Shown one piece after another: positions 1-13,762 of a stretch of 64,000 bases of DNA (positions within the stretch are counted from its first letter, which is position 1; every line of letters begins with the position of its first letter). The stretch is taken from NCBI RefSeq assembly GCF_009914755.1, contig NC_060935.1, one strand, 5' to 3'. Origin of the DNA: the human T2T-CHM13v2.0 reference genome, Homo sapiens. The notes beneath the pieces were generated by a model. The model saw nothing but the letters and a program-made list of their open reading frames with translations. It made no database searches and had not been told where the DNA came from. The position numbers and the translations under genes were made by a program.

Positions 1-289
<289 letters not shown>

Positions 290-429
290 AGAATGCAGGT
301 AAGGGAAGCCTGGATATGAGGCTGGAGGATGCGGACAGGGAAGATCAGTTAAAATGCCTTGTTTTTTCCTTACTTCCACTGACATGGCTTAGCTCACAGC
401 CCTGCTATCTCTGGCACGTTTTATTAAAA

Positions 430-615
430 TGTGTCTCCATATGTGTTCTTGGGATCACCAGTGTCAAGATCACTTGGGTATCCATCTTAAAATGGAGATT
501 CCTGAACCCCACACTAGACTTACCAAATCAGAATGTCTGCTACCAGCTAGCAACCAGCATTTTTGAGAATTTCCCAGGCAAATTCTTAAGTATACTAATA
601 GTTGAGAGTCACTAG
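430..615. mobile_element. MER5A-like hAT-Charlie DNA transposon remnant
   Basis: Degenerate match to the MER5A core (gattcctgaaccccac...agactt..aaatcagaa) ending gttgagagtcacta. Confidence 0.55.
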
Positions 616-792
616 TTTCAATAGAAATGGGAGTCTACTTCTACAATGAATACTTTCTATAGCTTATTGTAAAGATAAGGAGGATTAATTTCCTTTAAGG
701 GAATATAAGGTTATTTGGGCTAGAGCTAGAAACAGATTCTTTCATTTGGCAAGAGCGTGACACAATAAATTTTGTGTGTGTGTGTGAAAGAC

Positions 793-2022
793 TGTTCTGG
801 TTATTTATTGATCGTGTAACAAACTATCCCAAAACTTGGTGGCTTAAAACAATAATGATTTTATTAAATCTCATAACTTGGATTGGAATTCAGAAAGGGC
901 CCAGCTGAGCATTTCTTATACTCCACATGGTATTACTTGGGGTCCCTTGGTGGTATTCACCTGGCAGCCAGATTGCTCTGGAGGCCCCAGATAACTTGGA
1001 CACGTCTGCTGCCTTGGCAGGGATGGCTGAAAGGCTGGGATGAGCCAGACCCCTTTTCCTGTTATCAGCCGGAAGTCTAGTGATTCTCAGCAATTTTGAT
1101 CCTTGCCCCCTCAGAGGAAAGAATTCAACTGAGAGGCAGAAGTAGGTTTAAAGCAGAGGCAAAGTTTATTAAAGAAAGCAAAGTACACTTGGAAGAAATC
1201 AAGCAGGCCACCTGAGAGATTCAAGTGTCTCTCTTGATCCTTGGTTTGAGACTTTATACATTGACTCATCTTCCAGGCTCTTCTCCCCTGTTGATCCCTC
1301 CCTTGGGCGGGTTGTTGCTTGATTACCTGTGTGCAGTGGCCTGCCACCACTTGTGAGAGGCCCCGTGCACGGTGTGTTTACTGAAGTTGTATGCATGCTC
1401 CCTTGGGATGATTTTTTCTTACTGGTTGAGCTCCCCCAGAGGAAGGTCATATACAGGTCAAAGTCCACCATCTTGCTCCCCTTTGCACACAGTTGAAACT
1501 TTATCAGGGATTGTGGTTTGCTGACTCCAGGTGTTTTCTATCTGTTGGAGGAGTCCTTTCCTTCCTGGTGGCAGTTGTGGCCACTTATTGTCTCAGAGAG
1601 ATAGTTTTATGCTCACCTGTCCTTCACCTGATGAGAGCCAGACTTCTCTGGGGGCCCTCCCTTGTCCTGTTCATTATCTCAGAGGAAAAGGTTTACGAGT
1701 GCTTGACTATGGCTCAAGAATTGCTTGGCATTCCTGGGGGCCCTCTCTCCTGCCCTGCTCTCATATCTGTCTAACTACCTACTCTAACATTGCTTGTAGT
1801 CTTAGGGCCTCTCCATGTGGTTTCTGCAGTGTGGGGATTCAGGATTTGAAAGGGCCAAGAGGAAGCTGCCATTTATCTTAAAAGCTAGGCCCAGAACTGG
1901 CATAAAGTCACTTCCATAATCCTCCATTAGTGAAAATAGTACAGGCCAGCTCAGATTCTGGGAGAATCAATTGTTGATGGGAGTAGTGTCAAAGAATTTG
2001 TGGCCTTCCTTAGTTCACCACA
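793..2022 (-). mobile_element. MLT1 (MaLR, MLT1G/H-like) LTR split by MER50
   Basis: MLT1 motifs gtaacaaactatcccaaaacttggtggcttaaaacaa and agaggaagctgcc...gtcacttcc...caccaca lie on either side of the insertion. Confidence 0.65.
1060..1789 (-). mobile_element. MER50-like ERV1 solo LTR
   Basis: TG...CA termini; reverse strand begins TGTTAGAGTAGGTAGTTAGACAGATATGAG; near-TSD TTCC/TTGC. Confidence 0.75.
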
Positions 2023-2075
2023 AACTTAATGTTTTTCTCCTTGTCTGTGGGAGAAAATAAAGCCTTTTAACTTAT

Positions 2076-2895
2076 TGTAAGGCAAAAACCAACACTTTTT
2101 CTTTGATAAGACTGTCAATTCCCATGCAGTTCTGGTCACCAAAATGTGTGGATTTTTACCACACCAAGCAATTTTCCAACACCAGCTGGGTGTCCTATAA
2201 TTCAATTCTATTCTGATATTATCATCCTGGAGGTAGCATTGTATCCCACAGGTGAGGATCTCAGTCCCACAAGACTCTCCCCTATTTGAAGTACCAATTG
2301 CAAGTTCCAGGTTGTGACCTGTTCTTCTGACAAACTGGCCATAAGTCAGGGTTCCCACAACTCTCTTTTCCCTGGGTTCCATAATTTGCTAGGATGGCTC
2401 ACAGAACTCAGGGAAGTACTTTGCTTATGTTTACCCATTTATTATAAGAGAATATTTCAAATGATACAAATGAACAGCCATATGAAAGAGACAAATAGGG
2501 TGAGGTTCAGAAGGTTCTATCCCTGTGCATTTGGCTTGTGCTACCTTCTAAGCACATGGATGTGTTTAGCAACCAGGGAGCTCTCTGAATCCCATCTTTT
2601 TGTGGAAGCTTCATTAGGTAGGCATGATTGATTAAGTCACTGGCCATTGTCATAAACTCAACCTTCAGCATCCCCTTGCTTCTTTGGAGTTCGGGATGGG
2701 GAGTGCTGAAAATTCCAACCCTTTAATCACATGGTTGGTTCTCCTAGCAACCAGCCCCCATCCTGAAACTATCCAGGAGCCTCCAACTACCAGCCATCTC
2801 ATTAGCATACAAAAACACTTATTGCTTCAAATATTCACAAAGTTTTAGGACCTGTGTGCCTTGAAAGGGGCCAGGAAATCACACTCGTATAATAT
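2076..2895 (-). mobile_element. MER21-family LTR
   Basis: caccagctgggtgtcctataattcaattc, acagaactcagggaa and ccatctcattagcatacaaaa are MER21 hallmark blocks. Confidence 0.75.
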
Positions 2896-3397
2896 CCCCT
2901 GAGTCAATGTGGAGGACTGGAGAATAGACCTTGGCAGTCAGAGGGGGCAAATGGTTTTCGTGAAAATTTGCAAGTAATGTTACTGGTGCTGATATCCACA
3001 CAAAACAGTAATACTGCTGCTCACATTTGGCATAGGTGATACATAGAGAGGTGGCTTTACTGAGGTTGATTCCCAGTGAGGACAGTCTTGCTAGTTAGAG
3101 GAAGCTAACTGGGGCTATTATAACAAACACAGAAAAGAAAGTATACACCAAAGTGGTGACACCTCTTTCACATGATAGCCTTGGGCTGCAGTCATCGTCT
3201 CATCCTTCACAGACAACAGGATTTCCAAGCTGCCCAAGGAAAACTCCAACAAAGGTAAATGTTTCTTAAGATAATTTCTACCAGACTGTCAGAAAAAGGA
3301 AAATTCTTATATTTCTGAAACCATTTCAGAGCATTATAGAGGAAGACAGCTTTTCTAATTCATTTTTTAAAGATGAAAACTATTGATAATAGAACCT

Positions 3398-3966
3398 GAC
3401 AACCAAAATGAGTGATTGAGGCATAAGTCTCAAATCATCAGGATTTATTGAGCCAGCTTGAGAATGCATCTAGGAAAAATAGGGGTCACAGGTGCATCTG
3501 TGGCTGTTTTTTCTGTAGCGGATCTGAAGAGTTTTAGTATTTATACATTTTCCTTTAAAAAGGGGACGTGTCAGTGAAATTAATGATTATATAGTTTTCA
3601 GACTTTAGTGCCCAGTAAATCTACATTTTATATAAGGTGAACATTTGAAGAAAAAAGGAATAAAGTAAGCAGATGTCTCAGGAGTGAAGGAATAATTAAT
3701 CTTTGTCTTTTTGGTGCACCTGGGGAAGATAAGCTAGTTGTTGACATTATTGGTGTGGAGCCTTTTGAAAGGGCTGGTTTCTGTTTAGCCTGTAGGGAAG
3801 AAAGCCTAAGGGTAATTAACTAAGGGGAGGGAGTAATGTGGTGTGTCTGACCTCCCGTCTCTCCTGACATGAATGGGAACTCAGCTTCCAAGGTTTTTCC
3901 AGGGTTCCGTTGGCCAACTGGGGATCCATTCAGTCAGTTGGGGACTTTGGATTTTATTATTTCTCA
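3398..3966 (-). mobile_element. ERV1 (MER4-group) solo LTR inserted in ancient L1 ORF2 fragments
   Basis: TGA...TCA termini, reverse AATAAA near 3445 and MER4-group-like ending (gggatccattcagtcagttggggg...ttttattatttctca); L1-like flanks ~3230-4290. Confidence 0.6.
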
Positions 3967-4299
3967 AGCCTAATAGCACTATCACGAAATTTAAAGATGA
4001 ATGTCACTTACGACTATGCAAAGACCTAGTATTAAAATTTTTGAAAATTTCAACATTTAATTAAAATATACTATGATTATTGTGACTTAGAAGTGCAAGA
4101 GTGGGCTGATAGGAGGAATATTATAATTTATCACATTAATTGGATGATGCAGAAAAACCAATTATCTCAATTTACATTGAAAAGGCGTTTAATAAAATTC
4201 AGTCTCTTTGTGAGGTAGTTTTATAACATGATGAGGAATGTTTATCTTAAACTGATAGCAATACGCTTAGAAGCATTAGCATTTAAATATTAAAAACAT

Positions 4300-4794
4300 G
4301 CCTGGTGGTATAACTGAGCCTATATTACAAAAATCATTATGTGTTCATTTTACTTATTATTTGTCTTTGTTCTTTTCTTCCTCCATGCAAGTAAGCATGG
4401 AGTATACAGTCATTTTGAGGGAATATAGTCACTAGTAATTGTTTAACTTCATATCCTAAATTCTGGGGCAACCTGCAGAATTAATGAACTCATTTTTCTT
4501 TTAAAGAACAATGATCCTTAGGTCATGCAGACCTCCTTGATGGCACCCAGAAGTTTGGTCACCCTAGAGATGCAGATAGCTTTGATCATCGGGGATCTCC
4601 CCTCATGCATGTCTACCTTATTCATAAAAGCCCACAGTTATGTTCGAAGGCAGGTCAAATTTGAGAGCTCATCTCTCCTGCCCTCTCACTTTAGCCAAAT
4701 TGAATAAACTTTTATCTGCTCCTAAGGGATGATGTGTCAGTGTTTCACTTACTGCACATCAGATATATGAACCTAAATTTTGGGGTTCTACAAC
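4300..4794 (+). mobile_element. ERV LTR remnant (family uncertain)
   Basis: TATA-like ataaaag, AATAAA near 4703, LTR-type end ...ggggttctacaaca. Confidence 0.45.
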
Positions 4795-5319
4795 AGTGTC
4801 ACTGCTGTGGAACAGTGGTGATGGTTAGAATAAGTCAAATGAAAATTTTGATATTTTGATCATTATGGATATTTTTGCACTAACTTTTGTCTCTAAAAAT
4901 AGTATTTATCTTGGTTACTAAGTTTTTTTGTATCTCCTTAAATTTTGTGCATCAGGCAAGTCACTCCCCTCATGCTAAACTCAGCTCTGGGGAAGAAAGG
5001 GTTTGCAATTTTAAATAGAGTCAAGTCAGATTGTCAAAAAAGCAAATAGAGTCTTCAAAACTAACTTTAGTTTTTTTTATTCTTTATGTTTTATCGTTTT
5101 CTTTTTAATTTTTTTGTGAATTTTTATTGCATTATTTCTGCTATCTTTAAATTTATTCTGTTAGTATGCTAACTTCTTAAGTTGGATTCTTCTGATTCCC
5201 AGCCTTCTCTCTTTTATTATAAGCATTAAGGCTATGCATTTCCCTTTGCATACCTGATCCTCTCTGGCCACTCAGCTCCTCTTCCTCCTCCTTACAGAGC
5301 TGGCTCTGGATGATCCCTT

Positions 5320-5635
5320 AACCTGCAGTTGAAATATCGCCTCCTCAGAGAGGTTGAGCACTCTATCTTATATATCATCATCTCCCCCTCCCCTTTCCTA
5401 CCAAAGCACCGTGTTTCTTTTTTTTTTCTACCACTATCACAGATATGTATTTATTTTATTTCCCATCGCTTGTCTCCCTCATCACAATGTAAGTTCTATG
5501 AGAACAGAAACCATGAGCCTTTTCTTCACTATTTTATTTCCAGCCTACAGCACAGTGTCTTCTTGCACATGTGGGCTATGATTCAAGAGTGAATGAATGA
5601 ATGAATAAAAATTGATGAATGAATGAAGAATGAAT
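5320..5635 (+). mobile_element. L2 LINE 3' end
   Basis: aatgtaagttctatgagaacagaaacc...cagcacagtg core and (GAAT)n tail. Confidence 0.7.
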
Positions 5636-5679
5636 AGAAGCAAAAGCATCCTACTCTTCCAGGGAACACTTGTATTATT

Positions 5680-6140
5680 TTCCAACTTCCCAGCAACTCG
5701 GTGAAGATAGGTGATCTTGTTATCATGGGAAGCCCCGCAGACTCCAGCAGAAGTCACTGCCCGAAACACCTAGCTCTCTGGAGACTCCCTAGAATCGCAT
5801 CCGGTGGGAGTCCCGGGATTCTATCCCAGGGTGCCCCACGTTTCTGGTTGTCTTTTTACATTTCTTTAATTGGGTGTGACGAATCAGCTCTCAGGCCCTG
5901 ACCTTCCGCTCCTCCTCCTGTGTCCCTGAGCCAGACGCCCTCGGAACTCGGCGTGGGGCGCCTGGTAGGGGCGTGGGTGCGGCTGGAAAGGAGGTGACCC
6001 CAATTCTGGTCTCCATCACCAGAGAAAGCAGGACCCTGGACAGCGCCGAGAGCCCACAACAGCTAGCATTCCTTCCTTTAGTTCTGAGTTCTTTGCCCGC
6101 AGGGGGCAATTTCGCCAATCTGGGCCGAGGTCCCAATCTC
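5680..6140. promoter_or_regulatory. Small CpG-rich promoter/enhancer-like element
   Basis: About 20 CpGs in ~450 bp of non-repeat-looking DNA in a CpG-poor context; GC box GGGGCGTGG 5968-5976; ETS core CTTCCG ~5903; CCAAT at 6115 and 6133; ZNF143/SBS-like TCCCAGGGTGCCCCACG 5824-5840; CTCF-like CCCGCAGGGGGCAA 6096-6109. Confidence 0.6.
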
Positions 6141-6271
6141 TGAAGCCACTCTCCTAAAGACAGAAATGGATTCCAGAAAAGTGGATGCTTACCATTCATT
6201 GAAGTAACATAAATATATGTGAATTAAAAGTCAGCCACTCTTTTGGTTCATGCTGTTTGAATAAATGAGGG

Positions 6272-6615
6272 TGTATTAGTCCGTTTTCAGGCTGCAGATG
6301 AAGACATACCTGAGACTGAGCAATTTACAAAAGAAAGAGGTTTAATGGACTTACAGTTCCATGTGGCTGGGGAAGCCTCACAATCATGGCAGAAGGTGAA
6401 AGGCACGTCTCACGTGGCTATAGAAAAGAAAAGAGAGTTTGTGCAGGGAAACTCCTCTTTTTAAAACCATCGGATCTCATGAGACTTATTCACTATCATG
6501 AGAACAGCATGGGAGAGACCTGACTACATGATTCAGTTACCTCCCACTGGGTGCCTCCCACAACATGTGAGAATTCAAGATGAGATTTGGGTGGGGACAC
6601 AGCCAAACCATATCA
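6272..6615 (-). mobile_element. THE1 (THE1B-like) MaLR solo LTR
   Basis: Reverse strand starts TGATATGGTTTGGCTGTGTCCCCACCC; perfect 5-bp TSD GAGGG (6267-6271 / 6616-6620). Confidence 0.9.
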
Positions 6616-6620
6616 GAGGG

Positions 6621-6855
6621 GGTTCCCAGTAGTCAAATTTATAGAGACAGAAGAATGGTAGTTGCCAGGGTCTGGAGGTGGGGTGGAGGGGACCCTGGGG
6701 TTGTTTAATGGGTATAGAGTTTCAGTTTTGCAAGACAAAGAGTTCTAGAGTGTTTGCACAACAATGTGAATGTACTTAACACTACTGGAATATACACCTA
6801 AAAATGACTAAGATGGAAAATTTTATGTGCATTTTTACCATAATTTAAAAAATAA
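6621..6855 (+). mobile_element. L1M (L1MB-like) 3' end
   Basis: gtttaatgggtatagagtttcagttttgcaaga...acaatgtgaatgtacttaacactactg motifs. Confidence 0.75.
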
Positions 6856-6887
6856 ATTGGATGAAATTAAGTTTAAAAATTGAATTA

Positions 6888-7212
<325 letters not shown>

Positions 7213-7244
7213 TTAGATTAAATTACATTTTAAAGAAATTAGAG

Positions 7245-7539
<295 letters not shown>

Positions 7540-8334
7540 TTAAATCTTTTAAAAACAAGGAGGTATCCAAATTGGGAGTCTCCCTCCCTACTACTGAAGA
7601 ATTGTGGGATAGTATAGAGCCATGGGGTTGCTCCACATGTCTGGACCATTGAACCAGAACTCAATCCCTGAAGATAGCAGGAACAAAGTAAGGGTCCCAG
7701 GCCACAGGCACTTCGTTCTGCTGCAGGGAAGTTTCCCTGACCTTTCTAGTTGGAAAGAGTCTCATATAATTGTCTTAGGGACTTATACCCTGAGGAGATA
7801 GGGATTTGCAAGACAATTCTTTGCATTCTCCAACTCTTCCTTGTCAGGACATAGCCCTGTGCAGATTTTCTGGGGGGCCAGAGGAAGAAGATGATTCCTT
7901 TTTCTCTTTCTCTATGGTGGATACGTTTATCTTCTTCATCTTGGAGCTTCTCCGCCCCCTAAATTCCCATCTAGAGTTACCTGTTCCAGTTACTCTCTTG
8001 GAGGATATGGAGGCCAATGTAGCCAGTAAGATACTCTGTAGAGAATGCCCCCTCTTTGCCTGTTTCTCATTCCTTTGGTGTACTCTTCTTTGTTCACCAA
8101 TATTCACACCTTCACTCGTCATTCAGATCTACCACAATTCTCTGCCATTAGTTGTAAAAGGAATAAAAAGTAATCGTTCTTTATCTGGTCACGTAGAGAA
8201 CAGTGTATAAACACATATTCATCAATTGTATTTTTGCAATTTCGGGTATTATAAGTATACATTAAAATATTACTTAATAATTTTTCAAAATAAGTAGTCT
8301 AGACCATGGGTGTTAGAATTTTTGAAGACCATAT

Positions 8335-9060
8335 ATGTTAGAACCTCTTCATTGCAGTTGGCTTGTGTTGGAAACAAATGCTTGGTGCCACAAAGAAGAA
8401 CTAGCACTGAGACAAAGGACAAAGGGTCTCTCAGCAAGGCAAATTTACTTCTGCAGAAGGGTGCATCTCACGTATGGAGCAAGGGCAAGAGCACATAGAA
8501 CAAAGGAAAGCAGGGGTTTTTATTATCTCTAATGCAGCTTCTGCTTCTGTGTCTTTCCCCCATTGGCTAGGGTTGGACCCCACAATCTAAGCTGAACCCG
8601 ATTGGCTAACTTGAAAAGTGCAGGAATGCGGTTACACTGGCGGGAAGGCAGGAAGATCAGTGTCAGTGGGAGAAGCCATTGCGATAGGAGGGGTAATTGA
8701 CAGCATGGGTAGCAGATGTGGAATGTGGGCTGTATAGATAAGGACTGGCGGGAAGGTTGTTTACCAGGGCAGGGGGAACACAGAGAGTAAGGAAGTCTGG
8801 CTTTGAAAGCAGAGAACAAAGGACAAGGAAACTTCAGCAAGCTAAACCTTTGAAGAAGAATTTCTTACGTATTTAACAACTTGGCAACTGTTTAGGTATC
8901 CTGGGGACCCCATTTGCAGCTGGCATCTGAAGTGAGGGCAGCCTTATTGGGACTAAGCCCTTAAAGTGTGGGTCTGCACTAATTCCTGGTACTTAGTGTC
9001 AGAATAGAATTGTAGGACACATGGTTGGTGTCAGAAAATTAAGAATTGTTGTTGGAAAAT
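8335..9060 (+). mobile_element. MER21-family LTR 3' part, split by LTR10
   Basis: gctggcatctgaagtgagggcag...tagtgtcagaatagaattgtaggacac MER21 block. Confidence 0.65.
8366..8878 (-). mobile_element. LTR10-like (HERVIP10) solo LTR
   Basis: TGTT...AACA termini; reverse start TGTTAAATAC...TCTTCAAAGGTT; two CCAAT boxes; near-TSD GCTTG/ACTTG. Confidence 0.75.
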
Positions 9061-9183
9061 GATATACTATCTATCCTTGATTACTACAGTAGTCTCCTAG
9101 CCAACTTGGGGGTTCCTACGATGCCCTCAGATTCAATAATTCATTACAACCATTCACAGAACTCAAGAAAGTACTATACATTT

Positions 9184-10361
9184 TGTCGTGACCAATGCAA
9201 GATTAGAAATAACCAGGTCCATGCATGTTTGTGTCTTTCCACAATGTCAGGCTTTTATTGATGCTATTTCAATCACAAATGCCACCTGGAGTTCCCACAG
9301 AGACAATTCTCCATAGTACTTCCTGTTTACTCCCCAGCCAGAGCTATGGTCACACAGGTTCAAGCCACTCCACAAGTCAGTCAATATGACATATCATACA
9401 TAGCAGTGTGCTTAACCAATATTCAAATGTTATATGTTAAACATTCCACAAAAGCAAAATAATATTTATCACCAAGGGGAAAAAGAGATAGCGTAAGACT
9501 TAAAGAAAGAGGAAAGAAACACGAAACACGGCTTGGCAGTCAAAGACAGGTTTTCTTTAGTTAAAACATGAGAGGTGCTCCTGGCCGATTGTGGTCAGGA
9601 TCACTTTCTCTTACAGACTAAAAGTATATATTGGTTTTAGGGTGAGGGGGCTTATCACAAGCTTGGAATGTTTATGTGTGTGGGGAGAAGTTTATGGTGG
9701 GGTTGGAATCTCTCAGTTAGGAGGGGAGGTTGTCTTGGGACAGAAATCTTTCTGGCCCAGAGCGGAGTTATCTCGAGGCTGGCATCTTCCTGGCCGGAGG
9801 GGTCTTATCTAGGGGCCAGCATGTCTTTGGTTAGGGAGGAGTTTGAAATGTTTCTGGTTGGAGATGTTATTTGTGGTTTATGGTCATGCTGACCTTAGCC
9901 ATTAGGCTGATGCCCTTTGGATTTAGGTGGTTTTTTTTATTAAGGTGAACTTTAGAATTAGGGCCTTGTCCCAAATGGTGATGCTCCTGCTCTGTCAGAT
10001 AGGAGAAACGGTTAATGAATCAGTCCAGGGAAAGTGAAGAAGACAGAATCCTGGTCTGAGCCAAGTGGTCTAGGTGGTCTGTTGGTCTTGCAAGGCAGAG
10101 TCTTTGACTGCAAGATAGTATCACCCAAGATGGGCATTTTGAGCTGCTGAAAGGCTAATCTTTTATAGTCACAGAGTCCTCTGATGAGAACTGATAGTGG
10201 AAGAGTTCTTGTTTGTGTCTTTATGTGATTGGATGCCATCTTTTTTTTTTAATTTGTTTATTAAACAAAACATCTTATCCTTGTTGGCAAAGTATCCTAT
10301 GAAATATAAAGAGGAGTCTTTTTCTAAGATGGAGTTAGTTATGTCAAGGGTGCTCTATACA
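9184..10361 (-). mobile_element. ERVL-type LTR (MER54-like) nested in MER21
   Basis: TG...CA termini; reverse start TGTATAGAGCACCCTTGACATAACTAACTCCATCTTAG. Confidence 0.55.
9492..9997 (-). mobile_element. ERV1 solo LTR (LTR19-like) nested in the previous LTR
   Basis: Reverse start TGACAGAGCAGGAGCATC; perfect TSD GATAG (9487-9491 / 9998-10002). Confidence 0.75.
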
Positions 10362-13007
10362 CTTGTGATTACAGTTTATTATAAAGGATAGGAAGGAACA
10401 TCCAGATGAGGAGGTACATAAGGCAAGGAAGGGGGAAAAGTGTACAGTTTCCATGCCCTCTGTGGCATGCCACCCTCCCAGCACATCCATGTGTTTATCA
10501 ATTCAAAAATTCCCTAAATCCCACTGCTTGGAGTTTTTATATGAGATCTCATTATATAGACGTGACTGATTAAATGATTGGCCATCAGTGATTAAACACA
10601 ACCTCTAGTGCCTCTCCTGTCTCTGGAAGTCAGGGTGGGAGGTAGGGCTAAAGTTCTGACCCTCCATTCACAGAGTTTGTTTCTTTGGTGAACAGCCCCC
10701 ACCCTACAGTAATCTAGGGCCCCCACCATGAATCACGTCATTAGCATAAACTCAGGCATGGTCAAAGGGGCTCTTTATGGATAACAAAAGACAGTCCTAC
10801 CACTCAGGAGTCTCCAAGGATTTTAGAAGGTCTGTACCAGGAACCAGGACAAGAACCAAATATATATATTTTTGTTACATCACAGGATACCCCTTGGTCT
10901 TTGACCATGAATTCTTTATAGCAAAAGGATCATCTGTCTGAGCAACATTTTGAGGAAGGAGTGTGGTATAGGAATAGGAGGCTTTTAACTCATTTTTTTT
11001 CCAATTCATTTGACTATCGATATTGGTATTATAATTTTTACCAACAATGCAAGGGTAAAACAATATTACATTATGGTAGATGTAACTAAAAAATAAAGTC
11101 GAAAGATGCTGGCATATTACTAGAGTCCCATTCAGTTCTTAATAATTAGTTCAGTCTATTATCATATTTCACGAAAATGTCTCCTGGGATGAGGCCACTC
11201 CAGTTTGCAGGCTTTCATTTGATCCTGCCTAGTTCCAATAGCAGGAGCGGTGTCAGCAATAGATGGTTTCACCCTTCGAGGCATCAGATATAACTGAGTA
11301 AAAGATAATAACATCTTTTGCTCTGAGCCTCTTTCAAGGTGTTAAAGTACTATTGAGTTTCCGTCATTACAGAACCCATTTATTTGTTGCATTATCCTCA
11401 TCTACTATTTCTCCTTCTCTCCATTTATACAAATTTTTCCACCTTTGGAAGGGACATTAGGTTCAGCCACTGTGCTGGTCTAATTGCAGGCAGCAATACT
11501 AATCTAGCAAGTACCTCTCCATCAGCCCACTACCATTCACATAGGTAGCGTTACATAGTTATAGAAATGGGCTATTTTTACCATTAGACATTATAATTGT
11601 GTTCATGGTCAATCCCAGTATTTCTAGATGAGGTGAAGGCACAATCTGACCCATCAGGCCTGTAGGAATTCTGACATAAAGTTTAGAATAGAGCTATACT
11701 TTATTGTTTAGGAATCATCACTGCCTTCAGCACTTGCAGTTGCAGCCTTGAGCCTGTGACCATGAAGTAGGAAAAACAAAGTTGAAGTGGCACGGGGAAG
11801 AAAGAAGAAAGTATAGTCATCAGTCATCTTCCCTGTGGGAGAAATTGCATAGTCATACCAGCATCTTCTCCCACTCCCTATCCTGCTGATCTACCAGAAA
11901 ACCAGGAATCTATCTAGGAGATGCTTGTCTCCTTGTTGTTGAGTGTGAGCACACATTTGCAAAGGCATGTAAGCCAGCTCTTCATGCTTTTATATTCTCC
12001 CATTTTAGGCAACCAATGTTTCAAATGCCCATTCCGATTCTCTACTGAATTATTATATTACTCTGAGGAAAATATCTCTCTGCCAATTCTTGAAATTATA
12101 GATTGTGAGAGGTGTTCCTCGGTCTGATGAAATGTTACTTGGTAGTCCAAATTGATGCAATATCTTCTATTCCGATTCTTTGACAGTTCTCTGAATATTT
12201 GCATCTATCACATGGTAAGGAAAGCCAAGTCCAGTGTCTATTCCCATCAAGACCCTCTCATAGCCAGCATCAGTCCCACCTACCAGCTTGTTCAGGGTCT
12301 TCTCCCAGGGACTGTTGACACACAGCCATCTGCAGTGTCTGTCTCTTATTTTTGGAAGGCAAAACAGTTTTTAGTGGTATTTTGTGCTTCAGAGGTGCAA
12401 GAGGAATATGTCTAGAGTTCATCCATCTTTACATTGCTGCAGGCCCCCAGTGTCCACTCATTTCATGGACCCAGGTGGCTACTTCAAGCAAGCATACTGG
12501 GATATCTACTGGTCAATTGCAGTCACCTGCTGAACCTACAAATGGATTCTTCTGTTGGGTACCAATGTGTTCTACCTTAATGCACTCCTCCCCAAATTCT
12601 CTTACTGATTTTCCTATGGGTATGCCTTTAATAGGCAGTTTTACATTGCTCTCTGTCTGGCCACATGGTCAGGCCATTGGTCACCATCCACAAAGCAGTA
12701 AAATCTCAAGTGGGGGATTTTTGTCTTTGTTCAATTCTTCCATCACTATAAGGAAAATAGCACATAATGTTGCCCATCAAACTGGTTTGTTTTTTATGTT
12801 CTTCAAACATAGAGGTGGCCTTCCAAATAGGATGCTGTCCATTCACTTTGAAACTGCTATTTATAAACCAAACAACTTTCTGCTAGTCATTTGAGAACTA
12901 TTCACAGGGTACTATCCATAGTATAGAATTTGGCACCTCCTCACAATATTCCAAAGTCAGTCCTGGGGAAAAGAGTCTACCTGCTCCTCCAGTAGTGTAT
13001 TCCTATT

Positions 13008-13745
13008 TTGACATAAGAAATATGTTTTGTTTCTGCTCGCAGTTACTGACACAGGTCTTAAAACCTTTGGAACTTCCTGGGAGATAGGAGTACGCTTTGT
13101 TTTATTGAGGTGACTCTTGGTGGGCTACTGGATAGCTTTGGGATGGCTGCTGGTCACCAGAAATACCAAGCCATGATTAGAGGTGGAGAATTTTCAGCCT
13201 CACACCCCGTCCTCCAGGGAGGGGAAATGGACTAGAGATTGACTTAATCAATTGTGTCTATGTCATGAAGCCTCCATAACAATCCCGAAAAGGCTGGCTT
13301 TGGAGAGCTTCCAGGTTGGTGAACACATTCACTTGCTAGAAGGGTGGCTCACTCCAGCTTCATAGGTCAGAAGCCCCTACACTCCGGACCCTTCCAGACC
13401 TTGACCTATGTATATCTTCATCTGTTGTTCATCTGTATCTTTTATCATAATCTTTATAATAAGCCGGAAATGTGTTTTCCAGATTTCTGTGAGATATCAT
13501 AGTAAATTATCAAACCCAAGGAGAGGGTTGTGGGAATCCCCAATTTGTAGCCAAGTCGGATAAGCAGTGTAGGTCATCTGGGGATCCACTTCTTGTGACT
13601 GGTGTCTGAAGTTGGGGGTAATCTTGTAGAAATAAGCCCTTTGAGGTCTGCAATACTTCAGGTAGTTAGTGTCAAAATTGAATTGTAGGACACCCAGTTG
13701 GTGTCCAGGAGCTGGAGAATTGGTTGGTGAGGGGAAAAACTCTGT
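13008..13745 (+). mobile_element. MER21B-like LTR
   Basis: gggctactggatagctt..ggatggctgctggtcaccaga; ccttccagaccttgacctatg; gtgtcaaaattgaattgtaggacacccag. Confidence 0.75.
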
Positions 13746-13762
13746 GTTTCAATAAAATTTAA

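Larger units (their letters stand above)
9085..10884 (-). mobile_element. MER21C-like LTR (3' LTR of the adjacent internal region), interrupted
   Basis: cacagaactcaagaaag before the insertion, resuming at ~10362 with ttacagtttattataaaggata...cattagcataaactcagg...catcaca. Confidence 0.75.

Noticed and set aside
7540-8210. Unique-looking segment with 92- and 134-aa ORFs; minus-strand [11 protein letters not shown] faintly like the NAP/TSPY motif DLWPNPLQYY
   Set aside because: The match is too short, has the wrong spacing and does not extend; cannot support a pseudogene.
12352-12894. 180-aa plus-strand ORF
   Set aside because: Antisense to the decayed ERVL pol; no recognisable motif.
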